Both the position numbers and the translations under genes were made by a program. The notes below the pieces were generated by a model. The model saw nothing but the letters and a program-made list of their open reading frames with translations. It searched no databases and had not been told where the DNA came from. Shown here piece after piece: positions 42,417-50,282 of a DNA stretch of 50,282 nt (within the stretch, counting starts at the first letter, position 1; every line of letters starts with the position of its first letter). This stretch comes from an uncultured bacterium (GTDB lineage: Bacteria; Armatimonadota; UBA5829): assembly GCA_964431685.1 (NCBI GenBank), contig CAYSLA010000005.1:1-50282 (forward strand), in the 5' to 3' direction.

Positions 42417-43286
42417 CTACTTCGATCTGCGGCGAAGCGCAGAACCGATTGCGGCACAGCAACCCATCGCGAGCACCGCTAGTGATGCGGGCTCAGGAAC
42501 AGGAGCAGCTCCATAACGGATCGAGTCCGAGATTCTAAGCTCATCCATCTGGCCAAGGAAGTTGTACCACGGATGGCCATCAATCCACCTGACAGCCACT
42601 CCTGCCGGCCCGCCTATCGGATTCGGCAGGCCGAGAAGTGTACTGTCCTGCTCGAAGACCATGACGCCATTCTTCCAGAACTTCACGACATCAACTCCAC
42701 CGGTATCCGATCTTCTCTCGTGAGTCACAGCAGCGTGCACCCAGGGAGCATTCGGTCCGGCCTCCCAGTCCGTCACGTCATCCTGGACGACTTGCCACGC
42801 ACCGGCGCTGTACCAGCCAAGGCCCATGCGCATCTTGCCAGCGACATTGGTGAATGTCCACTGGTAGTCGCCTCCAGTGTAGTTCTGGACGATATTCCAG
42901 TAGCTGTTCGCCTCATACGGCTTGAGCCAGCACTCGATGGTCAAATCTTTGTCGCCAATCGCCAACTTGTCATCCGCGGGCAGGTCGATCTTCTTGTACG
43001 CGCCGTCGTATACGATCTTCAGCGCATTGCCAAACCCGGCTTGGTCACTCGCGACATAATGGTTTGCCTGGCCGGCCAGACCGGCGTTCAGAGTGCCATT
43101 GATGTTGTTCCCGCTGGAGTCGTTTGCGGTAACAGCATCCAGACCGTCGTCGAAGCGCAGAAGCAGCAAAGTGTTGGCATCTGCATCGAACGGCTCGTCC
43201 AGTCAGTGTAGTTCGCCGCAAAAGCCGCTGTAAGGGCAAACAAAGAAACGACTACCACACACAAAACTGTTCTGAAGTACTTCATC
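42417..43286 (-). pseudogene. LamG (Laminin_G_3-like) protein with PEP-CTERM anchor; 1-nt frameshift after the signal peptide
   Basis: MKYFRTVLCVVVVSLFALTAAFAANYTDWT is in one frame and EPFDADANTLLLLRFDDGL... in the next. C-terminus VPEPASLAVLAMGCCAAIGSALRRRSK (PEP-CTERM). Confidence 0.8.
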
Positions 43287-43569
43287 TCGATTTCCTCTTT
43301 CTCATACGCTAGTTCCAGATATGGCTTAACCACTAAGCCACTGCATCGGACAGATCAATGCCTCATCCGACATCCATCACATATCGAAGCAGCAGCCGAC
43401 CCGTACCGGTCAGTTGTGCCCAGCGCAATCGGTCGGCGACACGAATGACATCGCACTCTCAGCCGTCCTCCTCACACGGCCTCCGCCAACATCTTATCTT
43501 CTCCAATGCCGGCCCGGCGCTCTGCTGTCACCTGTCGCACAAGCGATCTGCACACCCATTACTACTGTT

Positions 43570-43598
43570 ACTATACACCCAGTACACCCGTATGTCAA
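43570..43598 (-). promoter_or_regulatory. sigma70 promoter of the PEP-CTERM LamG gene
   Basis: The minus strand reads TTGACA, 17 nt, TATAGT. The motif is conserved with 30134-30162. This implies a 5' leader of about 280 nt. Confidence 0.6.
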
Positions 43599-43657
43599 GG
43601 GCTTTTGTCAAGTTTTCTTGCTTTTTTCTCGGCTTGCTGTATCGGGCGAGCTATGCG

Positions 43658-45007
43658 TTAGTGGTTGTCGATCTCGCCAACAAACCCGTAGAGGTGGGAC
43701 TGCGTTGCTCGGACACGTACGAACTGCCCAGCAGTAGCTACGGAGCCTGGAAAGTTCGCAGTCTTGTTCTGACGCGTAAGACCGGTCAGACGGCCATCGT
43801 GTTTGGGGCTGATTCCCTCAACCAGAACCTCATAAGTGCGGCCGACCTGAGAGGCGTTGATCAGGCTGGTGATCTCGTTTTGTAGCTCGATGAGTCTGTT
43901 GAGGCGCGCCATCTTGACGCGCTCCGTCAGATGCCCGTCCATCGCGGCGGCGGCGGTACGGGGAATGGGGTTGAACGAGAACATGAAAGCCGAGTCGAAT
44001 CTGACATCCTCGACAAGCCTCAATGTGTTCTCGAACTGCTCCTGGGTCTCTCCGGGAAACCCCACAAGCAGATCAGTAGTAATCGCGATATCCGGCATAG
44101 CGGAGCGCAGAGCGGCGACCCTCTCGCGGAACACTGCGGAGGTGTACTTCCTGTTCATACGCGCCAACACCTCATCGTCTCCCGACTGCACCGCAAGGTG
44201 AATGTGCTCGCACACCTTTGGCAGCTCAGCCATCGCTTCTATGAGTCGATCTGACAAGTCCTTTGGATGGCTGGTAGTGAATCTGATGCGTTCGATCCCG
44301 GCAACCTCGCTTACCTTGCGCAGTAGATCAGCGAAATCGGTGCTTATCCCCAAGGTCGCTCCGTAGGAGTTCACGTTCTGGCCGAGCAAGGTTATCTCCT
44401 TCCGGCCCAATGCCGCAAGTTGAGTTGCCTCCTCCACGATTTCGTCCAGCGGCCGGCTGCGCTCCCGCCCGCGCACATAGGGCACGACGCAATACGCGCA
44501 GTAGTTGTCACATCCGTACATTGCGGGAAGAAAGCTCTTGAGCGCAGTCCCCTGACGGTCTACTCTCTGTGGCAGGGACCGTGCGGCGTCGCCGGGTTGC
44601 TCCGGCATATCCAGAGCGGCCGCAAATGAACGCCGCTCTTCAATGCGGCGAATGATGTCCGGAATCTGGTGAATGGCCGCGGTTCCCACCACGAAGTCCA
44701 GGTACGGCCGGCCCTTACGGAGCGCGCTGCCTTCGCGCTGGGCCATGCACCCGCACACACCGATTATCATCCATGGACGCTGCTCTTTGAGTATTCTCAG
44801 TTCACCCAGCTTGCTCTTCGCCTTCTGCTCCGGCTTTGCCCGCACGCTACAGGTCACCAGTACAGCTATGTCAGCCTCATTTGCTTCTTGGGTCGGGGCA
44901 AGACCCATCTGCATAAGAAGACTCGAGATCTGCTCTGAGTCGTCCTCGTTCATCTGGCAGCCCCAAGTGTAAATGATAAATCGGTTCACGGTTACGCGCA
45001 CTCTCAT
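43658..45007 (-). CDS. miaB: tRNA-2-methylthio-N6-dimethylallyladenosine synthase MiaB
   Basis: 449 aa. UPF0004 N-domain (IYTWGCQMN), radical-SAM CDNYCAYC, and a TRAM C-terminus. Confidence 0.9.
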   Translation of the reverse strand: MRVRVTVNRFIIYTWGCQMNEDDSEQISSLLMQMGLAPTQEANEADIAVLVTCSVRAKPEQKAKSKLGELRILKEQRPWMIIGVCGCMAQREGSALRKGRPYLDFVVGTAAIHQIPDIIRRIEERRSFAAALDMPEQPGDAARSLPQRVDRQGTALKSFLPAMYGCDNYCAYCVVPYVRGRERSRPLDEIVEEATQLAALGRKEITLLGQNVNSYGATLGISTDFADLLRKVSEVAGIERIRFTTSHPKDLSDRLIEAMAELPKVCEHIHLAVQSGDDEVLARMNRKYTSAVFRERVAALRSAMPDIAITTDLLVGFPGETQEQFENTLRLVEDVRFDSAFMFSFNPIPRTAAAAMDGHLTERVKMARLNRLIELQNEITSLINASQVGRTYEVLVEGISPKHDGRLTGLTRQNKTANFPGSVATAGQFVRVRATQSHLYGFVGEIDNH

Positions 45008-45198
45008 TCCTATGAATGAAGACAGTATATCACGTTATCTGCCAAGAGCACACTTCGGCAAAGCTGGCATCAACCCAAACGGTTGACTCTCGAGCATACC
45101 GATTGGTAAAGTGCATTTTATTTGCGTAGCATCGTCTGAAATAACCCGATATTGGGTATGTACATGATGGAAGCATCCTACGAAAGGAGGCTACGACG

Positions 45199-45411
45199 AT
45201 GACTGGGCATTGCGGAAAATGTGGCAAAGAGCTATCCCAGGTCGTAGATAACTCCGGGAACACTGGGAATTACGGGTCTGGCGACCTGCAGGATATGAAC
45301 ACTTGTGCGTTTCTGGTATGCGAGGACTGCGTCGAAACCCACAGCGACATGTGTGAGAGCGTAGACGTCTGCACTGTCGAATACGGAGACTGCGACTGCA
45401 GCGATTGCTAG
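45199..45411 (+). CDS. small cysteine-rich hypothetical protein (70 aa, 12 Cys)
   Basis: RBS AGGAGG 8 nt upstream of the ATG. HCGKCG...CAFLVCEDCVETHSDMCESVDVCTVEYGDCDCSDC. Followed by a strong hairpin. Confidence 0.55.
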   Translation: MTGHCGKCGKELSQVVDNSGNTGNYGSGDLQDMNTCAFLVCEDCVETHSDMCESVDVCTVEYGDCDCSDC

Positions 45412-45428
45412 TCGATATCTGAGAAAAC

Positions 45429-45469
45429 AGTGCCCAAGGGCGAGCATTGCTGCTCGTTCCTTGGGCACT
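45429..45469. terminator. bidirectional terminator-like hairpin between convergent genes
   Basis: AGTGCCCAAGG...CCTTGGGCACT (11-bp outer stem) enclosing CGAGCA-ttgc-TGCTCG. It lies between the stops at 45411 (+) and 45483 (-). Confidence 0.6.
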
Positions 45470-45482
45470 TAGCAACTGACAT

Positions 45483-48461
45483 TCAGGGCTCAATGACTAT
45501 CAGCCAGCCCTTGGCCGGGTCTACCGAGACGGTGCCCGCCGGGTCGAAATTGGCGGCATCCTGAAAGCCTGCAATGGCGGGAGCGTGCATCCGGACTGCC
45601 TTGCGGTCCAGACCGAGAGCTTCCCAGTCTATTCTCATCTTGAGGTCTACCCTCTCGGTAGCCCAGCTTGCGAGCGATACCAGAGTTCTGTCGGGCCGTT
45701 TGTAAACAGTCGCCAGAACATCTTCTCGGCCCGTCTTCACTGGGCAGTCCTTGTCCCAGTATCCGATCCAATCAGCGTCTTTGACCCCGAACTCATCCCA
45801 GAACTTCCACATGGCAGGGGCCGACTGGTGCTGCCGACCGGTCATACCGTAGAGCATTCCTCGATAGGCATTGCCCCCGTTCTCGTAGTTGAGCATCTCA
45901 CTTGTGAGACCAAACGGAATCCCCGATATCTCCACCAGCCAGTAGTCCGGCAGGCTGTTGTAGTCGTACCCCTCACCGATCCACAGGTTTGAGAAGTAGG
46001 GCATGTGCTCCATATACTGATTGGCCGGACTCACTTTGAAGTCGAGATAGTCGTAGTTATTGCCGGAATGGAAGTTGATCCGGTAGTTCGGATTCTCGCG
46101 AGCCATAACCCTGGCCACGCGCTTCATGATCTCGCGGTCATAGCCTATACCATCCAGGTACAGACCGTCCACCCCGGTATGCGACATCAACCAGCCCATG
46201 CCTTCAACATAGTAGTTGTGCCAGCGTGAAAGCCCCTGGGTGCCGATCGACGCGTCTGTGACTCCGCCGCCCAGCGGCTGCCGCCAGGCCGGTACGTAAC
46301 CGGACACCAGGTGCTCGATCAACCACGGATAGCCACCGCCAGGCTTGTTGAGAAACGCCGCCTTGTCGGTGTAGCTGAGTACGTCGTTCGTTGTGAAGAC
46401 CTCATCTCCCAGGCTTCTGAGAGGCCACATCTCCGCAACATAGTTGCTGAGTTCGCGAACGGTGTAGTAGATGTTTACCCCGGCGCCTTTTACTTTGGCT
46501 TCGTCCACCAGAGATTTGAGCGAATCCACGGTCAGAAACGGGTAGTTGATGTAGGGATTCTGGGGACTGGAATGATGAACGTGGACTATGTTTCCGCCGT
46601 TGTCCAGCGAGCCATAGCGCCAGTTCCAGTGGTTGGAGTCGATGCGCCTGAATGGAGTGATCAACATTCGGAAGCGAAGCTCAAAAGTCTCCCCTGCAGC
46701 CAGTTCCCTCGGGCCTGTATAGGCCCTGACGACCACCGCATCCCCGTCTTCCACGATGTCGCACCCGCCATTGCCACCGTTGTTCCACGACTCGGGAACG
46801 TATTCGAGGCTAAAGAGCTCCCATACATCCCGCTCTCCGCAGAGCTTCACCTGCAGGCCGGCGTCCACGCCACCAAGCCAGACCATCTGGTCAGCACGCT
46901 GGCCCCACTTCCATCTCCATTCCGGCGGACGTTTCGCGCCACGGAAAGCCATGCCCATCATGTACTCGGCAACGTCTTTGCGAATCGGCACTTCCAGACA
47001 CATACCCTTGAAGCTGGCTGGCTTCTTTGTCTTGATCATCAGCCTGAACGTAACGCACCCATCAAACTCGACCCTAGCGACGCACCCCGCGGCAAGCCCT
47101 CCCCCGACGGCCTCGGCCCCCATATCAACAGCACTCTTGCCCTCGCGAATGGCTGAAGCCCGACTGCCTCCCCAGCCTATCACTCCCCGGTCCGTCTCCA
47201 GGTTCAGGCGAACCGGTTCGCTGAGTATCTCAATTCCTCTGCTCTTGATGCTCTCCGGCATGCACAGGCGGCCAAACCGCACCTCCCGATCGAGAAGTCT
47301 AACCGTGTTGTTCTTAACCACCAGCGGGGTGTAAGGCCCAACAAGCTCGTCATCTATCCCCAGGCCGGAGTTGAGCCACTTGAGCCGGGACATCCGCCAC
47401 AGATCATCGACTCCGCCGTCTTCAATTACCGGTCCGGCGACAGTGAGGCTGATCTTCACCGACGATGTGGTGGACCCGTGCGGAGCGATCCACGCCGTGC
47501 CCTCGTAGGTGCCTGCAGCATCTCTAGGAATCTCCACCAGCACCCAAAGCGCGCGCACCATGCCCTGGCCCACTGAGAACTTCGGTCGGATCGGTCTGCC
47601 CAGCCAGTCGTTTCCGGCGGTGTTTATGCAGGTTATCGCGGCGGTCGATATCGTCTTACCGTCGCCTGACTTCAGATCGGAGAATGCAACCTCGACATCC
47701 TCGATCTGTGATCTACACGCGAAAACCCCTATCTGAAACGCATAGTATTCGCCCGGTTGCGCCTGACCCACAAACTCGTCGCCGGGTCCGCTTCGAATCC
47801 ACTTGAGAGGCACATCATCGGGCATCCGGATCGCATTCCCGCGGTCTTCGGGGAACAGCAGGTAGGACCTGCCTGGTTTGGAGTTGACCATCCCGGCGAC
47901 TTCGTCATCGGTCGCGACAACTTCCATTGGGTCGAACCTGTGGAACTCGCCTCGAGCCTGAATCTGAACCAACTCTGCCTGCGGCAGCGACAGCCACTTG
48001 CGCTGCGTGAGCGACTCTTTTGCCAGTCCATTGGCGGCAACCCACGCGGCATCCGCAGTGTCCTCCGGTTTGAAGTAGGTTCCTGGATCGTCGAAGTTCT
48101 GTTTGCCCGCGACGTACGGCATGTAGTAGACGTAGTAGTCACCCGGCACGGTCTGAGGCTGGAAAGCGATCTCTCCTACATAACGGTCTATCGCAAGATC
48201 GACCTTGTTGGCTATGGGCTTGCCTGTAGCAGCATCCGCGACGATGATGCGCTTGGCCTGGGGATCGCGGTCTCTCCTGCGCCACTCGATCCGGGCCCGG
48301 ACCGCATCCGCGGGCTCGTTGACGCGGAGAACCGCCCGGTGGTTACCGTGACCGTCTTCCTGCCAGTCCTCCACTCCGTAGCTCACGTCCTGCGCCATCG
48401 CACCAACCTCCGCCAAAGTCAGAATGCCGAGCGTCAAGAGAAGACGAACCAACACACCCAT
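45483..48461 (-). CDS. large secreted hypothetical protein, putative glycoside hydrolase (same family as the decayed gene 12426-15058)
   Basis: 992 aa with a signal peptide. The C-terminal half (DGLYLDGIGYDREIMKRV..INFHSGNN..NLWIGEGYDY..MWKFWDEF..WLIVIEP) is colinear with 12426-13947 (GVFFDGGLG..IIDSHLGW..AYWTGEGSIF..MWALYDKY..LRLLVIEKQ). Confidence 0.6.
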   Translation of the reverse strand: MGVLVRLLLTLGILTLAEVGAMAQDVSYGVEDWQEDGHGNHRAVLRVNEPADAVRARIEWRRRDRDPQAKRIIVADAATGKPIANKVDLAIDRYVGEIAFQPQTVPGDYYVYYMPYVAGKQNFDDPGTYFKPEDTADAAWVAANGLAKESLTQRKWLSLPQAELVQIQARGEFHRFDPMEVVATDDEVAGMVNSKPGRSYLLFPEDRGNAIRMPDDVPLKWIRSGPGDEFVGQAQPGEYYAFQIGVFACRSQIEDVEVAFSDLKSGDGKTISTAAITCINTAGNDWLGRPIRPKFSVGQGMVRALWVLVEIPRDAAGTYEGTAWIAPHGSTTSSVKISLTVAGPVIEDGGVDDLWRMSRLKWLNSGLGIDDELVGPYTPLVVKNNTVRLLDREVRFGRLCMPESIKSRGIEILSEPVRLNLETDRGVIGWGGSRASAIREGKSAVDMGAEAVGGGLAAGCVARVEFDGCVTFRLMIKTKKPASFKGMCLEVPIRKDVAEYMMGMAFRGAKRPPEWRWKWGQRADQMVWLGGVDAGLQVKLCGERDVWELFSLEYVPESWNNGGNGGCDIVEDGDAVVVRAYTGPRELAAGETFELRFRMLITPFRRIDSNHWNWRYGSLDNGGNIVHVHHSSPQNPYINYPFLTVDSLKSLVDEAKVKGAGVNIYYTVRELSNYVAEMWPLRSLGDEVFTTNDVLSYTDKAAFLNKPGGGYPWLIEHLVSGYVPAWRQPLGGGVTDASIGTQGLSRWHNYYVEGMGWLMSHTGVDGLYLDGIGYDREIMKRVARVMARENPNYRINFHSGNNYDYLDFKVSPANQYMEHMPYFSNLWIGEGYDYNSLPDYWLVEISGIPFGLTSEMLNYENGGNAYRGMLYGMTGRQHQSAPAMWKFWDEFGVKDADWIGYWDKDCPVKTGREDVLATVYKRPDRTLVSLASWATERVDLKMRIDWEALGLDRKAVRMHAPAIAGFQDAANFDPAGTVSVDPAKGWLIVIEP

Positions 48462-48493
48462 AGTGATACCTCAATACTGTCCGAAATCAGGCA

Positions 48494-50095
48494 TCAGCCC
48501 AGCAGCACTGACTCCCGAAGTTCCGTGATCCATTCCTCATTCTTCGGGAAGTCGTTGTAGTCGCGGATCGCGGCAAGCCTTGGATCATCCGGGTCTATGC
48601 CTGCGGTCTGCAGAATGGCATAGTCCTGAAGCGATTCGGCCCACACCTCCCAGCGTATGCTCGGCAGAGGTCCGTTCTCGCCAGGGTAGACCACATACGG
48701 ATCGCCATGCGCCAAGCCGGGCCAGGCATCGCCGCAATCCTGGGTAAATGGATCTGTCATCTGCTGTGTCTGAAACTTATGCCAGTAGTTGTAACCCCAG
48801 TGCAGGAACCCTTGCGCCTTCAACCTGTAGAAGATCCACCCGGCCATTCTGATCTTGGCAAGCGGTGTGTCGATCAGCCTGTTGAGGTACGGGCCTCGAG
48901 GCCCGCAGCAGAAATAAACCCAGCTCTCGATTCCAGCGTCCAGATACTCTCTGGCGGAGCTGGTGACTGGGATGGGGATGTCCGTCAGGCCCTCTTTGCC
49001 ATATCGGATATCACTCATCGCGTCAGCAACCCTCATCCACGGCGCAAGCTCCTTGAGCAGTGAGCGGGCTGCGCGGTAGTTTGCCAGGTGATCGTCGCCG
49101 TGCGGTTCGTCTGATACGTGAAAGAGCGATTTGCCCAGCAGGTCTTCGGCCACAAGGAACTTGTGAAACTCCGGCAGGAACTGGGCCAGGAAGTTTCGAT
49201 AGATATCGGAAGTGGCACCTGTCTCGAACGGCCACAGCAGCGAGTCGGGGTCCGAGTTGGACCGGTATATCCGAAGCGCCTTCTCGACTCCCCACTGCCA
49301 GAAGAAATGCGTCCACTCAAACATCTGAGCGCCGCAGCTTGTCGCGAGATCGGTCCACCGCTTGACCAGTGTGAAGTCAAACTCATACTTTCCCTGTGAA
49401 ACCTCGCGCACGCCAATGAGCTGGTGCGGACGCTTGACTCCGTCGGTGGGAGGTGTAAAGATGGGCACGTACTGGCAGTCGCCGCCATGCTCGACCAAGT
49501 CTCGCATGTATGGCTCGACTATCGTCCAGAAGCGCTCCTCGTATGGGTCCACTCTGTACCAGTCGCAGATGGCGTCGGCGTAGAACCAGTGCGTAACCGG
49601 GAAACCTCTGCGCGGCTGAAGCACGAGCTGGGCAGCCCTAACAGTGGCCTGCATCTCCGGAAGAAAGTCATCACCCGCCTTGAACTTGACGGTTATCGCC
49701 TGCTCACCCACCGGGCAGTCGCCGGGCACGAACACTTCCACCCAAAAGGAGTGGCTTTCGTATGGGCCAATCTGAACCTGGCAATCCGAAAAAAGAGGAT
49801 CAGGGGCCGGGCCTGGGATTCGGCCTATGCCGTCGAGTTCTTCAGCTTCAGTCTCAGTATTCAGGTGCTTGACGAATACATACCCAACGCGTCTGGCGCG
49901 AACGCTGACGTCTTCCGAACACTCGACTTCCACGGAGACGTCGACAGCCGCCGTAGTTTCGTTGCGCACGCAGGCCTGGAACGAGACCTTGCCTCCACGG
50001 GCAGAGACTAGACTGATCCGTTGAACATCCTCGGACGCGGTTGCGGGAAAAACGCGGCTCAGCGAAGACTGGAGCCAGCACGAAGGACCATTCAT
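48494..50095 (-). CDS. DUF4091 domain protein (GH123-like putative glycoside hydrolase)
   Basis: 533 aa. ARGGKVSFQACVRN, LVLQPRRGFPVTHWFY, GDPYVVYPGENGPLPSIRWEVWAESLQDYAIL. Confidence 0.7.
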   Translation of the reverse strand: MNGPSCWLQSSLSRVFPATASEDVQRISLVSARGGKVSFQACVRNETTAAVDVSVEVECSEDVSVRARRVGYVFVKHLNTETEAEELDGIGRIPGPAPDPLFSDCQVQIGPYESHSFWVEVFVPGDCPVGEQAITVKFKAGDDFLPEMQATVRAAQLVLQPRRGFPVTHWFYADAICDWYRVDPYEERFWTIVEPYMRDLVEHGGDCQYVPIFTPPTDGVKRPHQLIGVREVSQGKYEFDFTLVKRWTDLATSCGAQMFEWTHFFWQWGVEKALRIYRSNSDPDSLLWPFETGATSDIYRNFLAQFLPEFHKFLVAEDLLGKSLFHVSDEPHGDDHLANYRAARSLLKELAPWMRVADAMSDIRYGKEGLTDIPIPVTSSAREYLDAGIESWVYFCCGPRGPYLNRLIDTPLAKIRMAGWIFYRLKAQGFLHWGYNYWHKFQTQQMTDPFTQDCGDAWPGLAHGDPYVVYPGENGPLPSIRWEVWAESLQDYAILQTAGIDPDDPRLAAIRDYNDFPKNEEWITELRESVLLG

Positions 50096-50282
50096 TATTT
50101 ATCCTCACAAACAAGCTTATTGCAGGAGTCGTAATCAAGGGGTGCGGTCAAGACATCTTGTAGACCGTTTGGCACAAACCCAACCAGCGTCTAGTGTAAC
50201 GATTTGATGGGATGATAGTCAAGAAACCGCGTTGCATCACGAGAGATCGCACCGTAATCGATTCGTTGCATCATTTGAGATC

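Noticed and set aside
43658-45411. RiPP-like cluster (radical SAM enzyme next to a Cys-rich small ORF)
   Set aside because: The radical SAM protein has the full MiaB architecture (UPF0004, CxxxCxxC and TRAM) and is divergently transcribed. No other maturation, transport or immunity genes are adjacent.

Overview
High-GC bacterial window, mostly minus-strand genes. Prepilin/DUF1559-like, PEP-CTERM and dockerin-like modules suggest a Planctomycetota/Armatimonadota-like lineage, but that is inference only. Content is housekeeping genes (tRNA-Asn, mutS, miaB) among a large set of secreted glycan-active genes: a heparinase II/III-like lyase, GH32, two GH42-like giants, two DUF4091-like genes, an unnamed hydrolase-like family, four LamG lectin-like paralogs, and a GntR/sugar-binding regulator. 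Many of the accessory genes are broken by frameshifts, in-frame stops, gene-fragment fusions and an ISL3 remnant, while about 28 kb of other long ORFs are intact. The strongest unexplained signal is a family of small 'CTGAA' palindromic elements. A 24-nt unit (CCCTGAATCAAGTTCAGGGCAAGC) occurs six times in 600 bp inside coding sequence at 24.8-25.4 kb. Deleting two copies restores a LamG reading frame exactly, and a third copy is an in-phase 8-codon insert in an open DUF4091-like ORF. Related 72-97 nt composite multi-hairpin elements lie at 11.2 kb and 20.9 kb. A partial copy sits on the TGA/ATG boundary that splits a 1200-codon paralog of the neighbouring 1208-aa gene. No CRISPR array, defence system or complete mobile element is supported. 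All domain calls come from motif recognition by eye; no database search was run.
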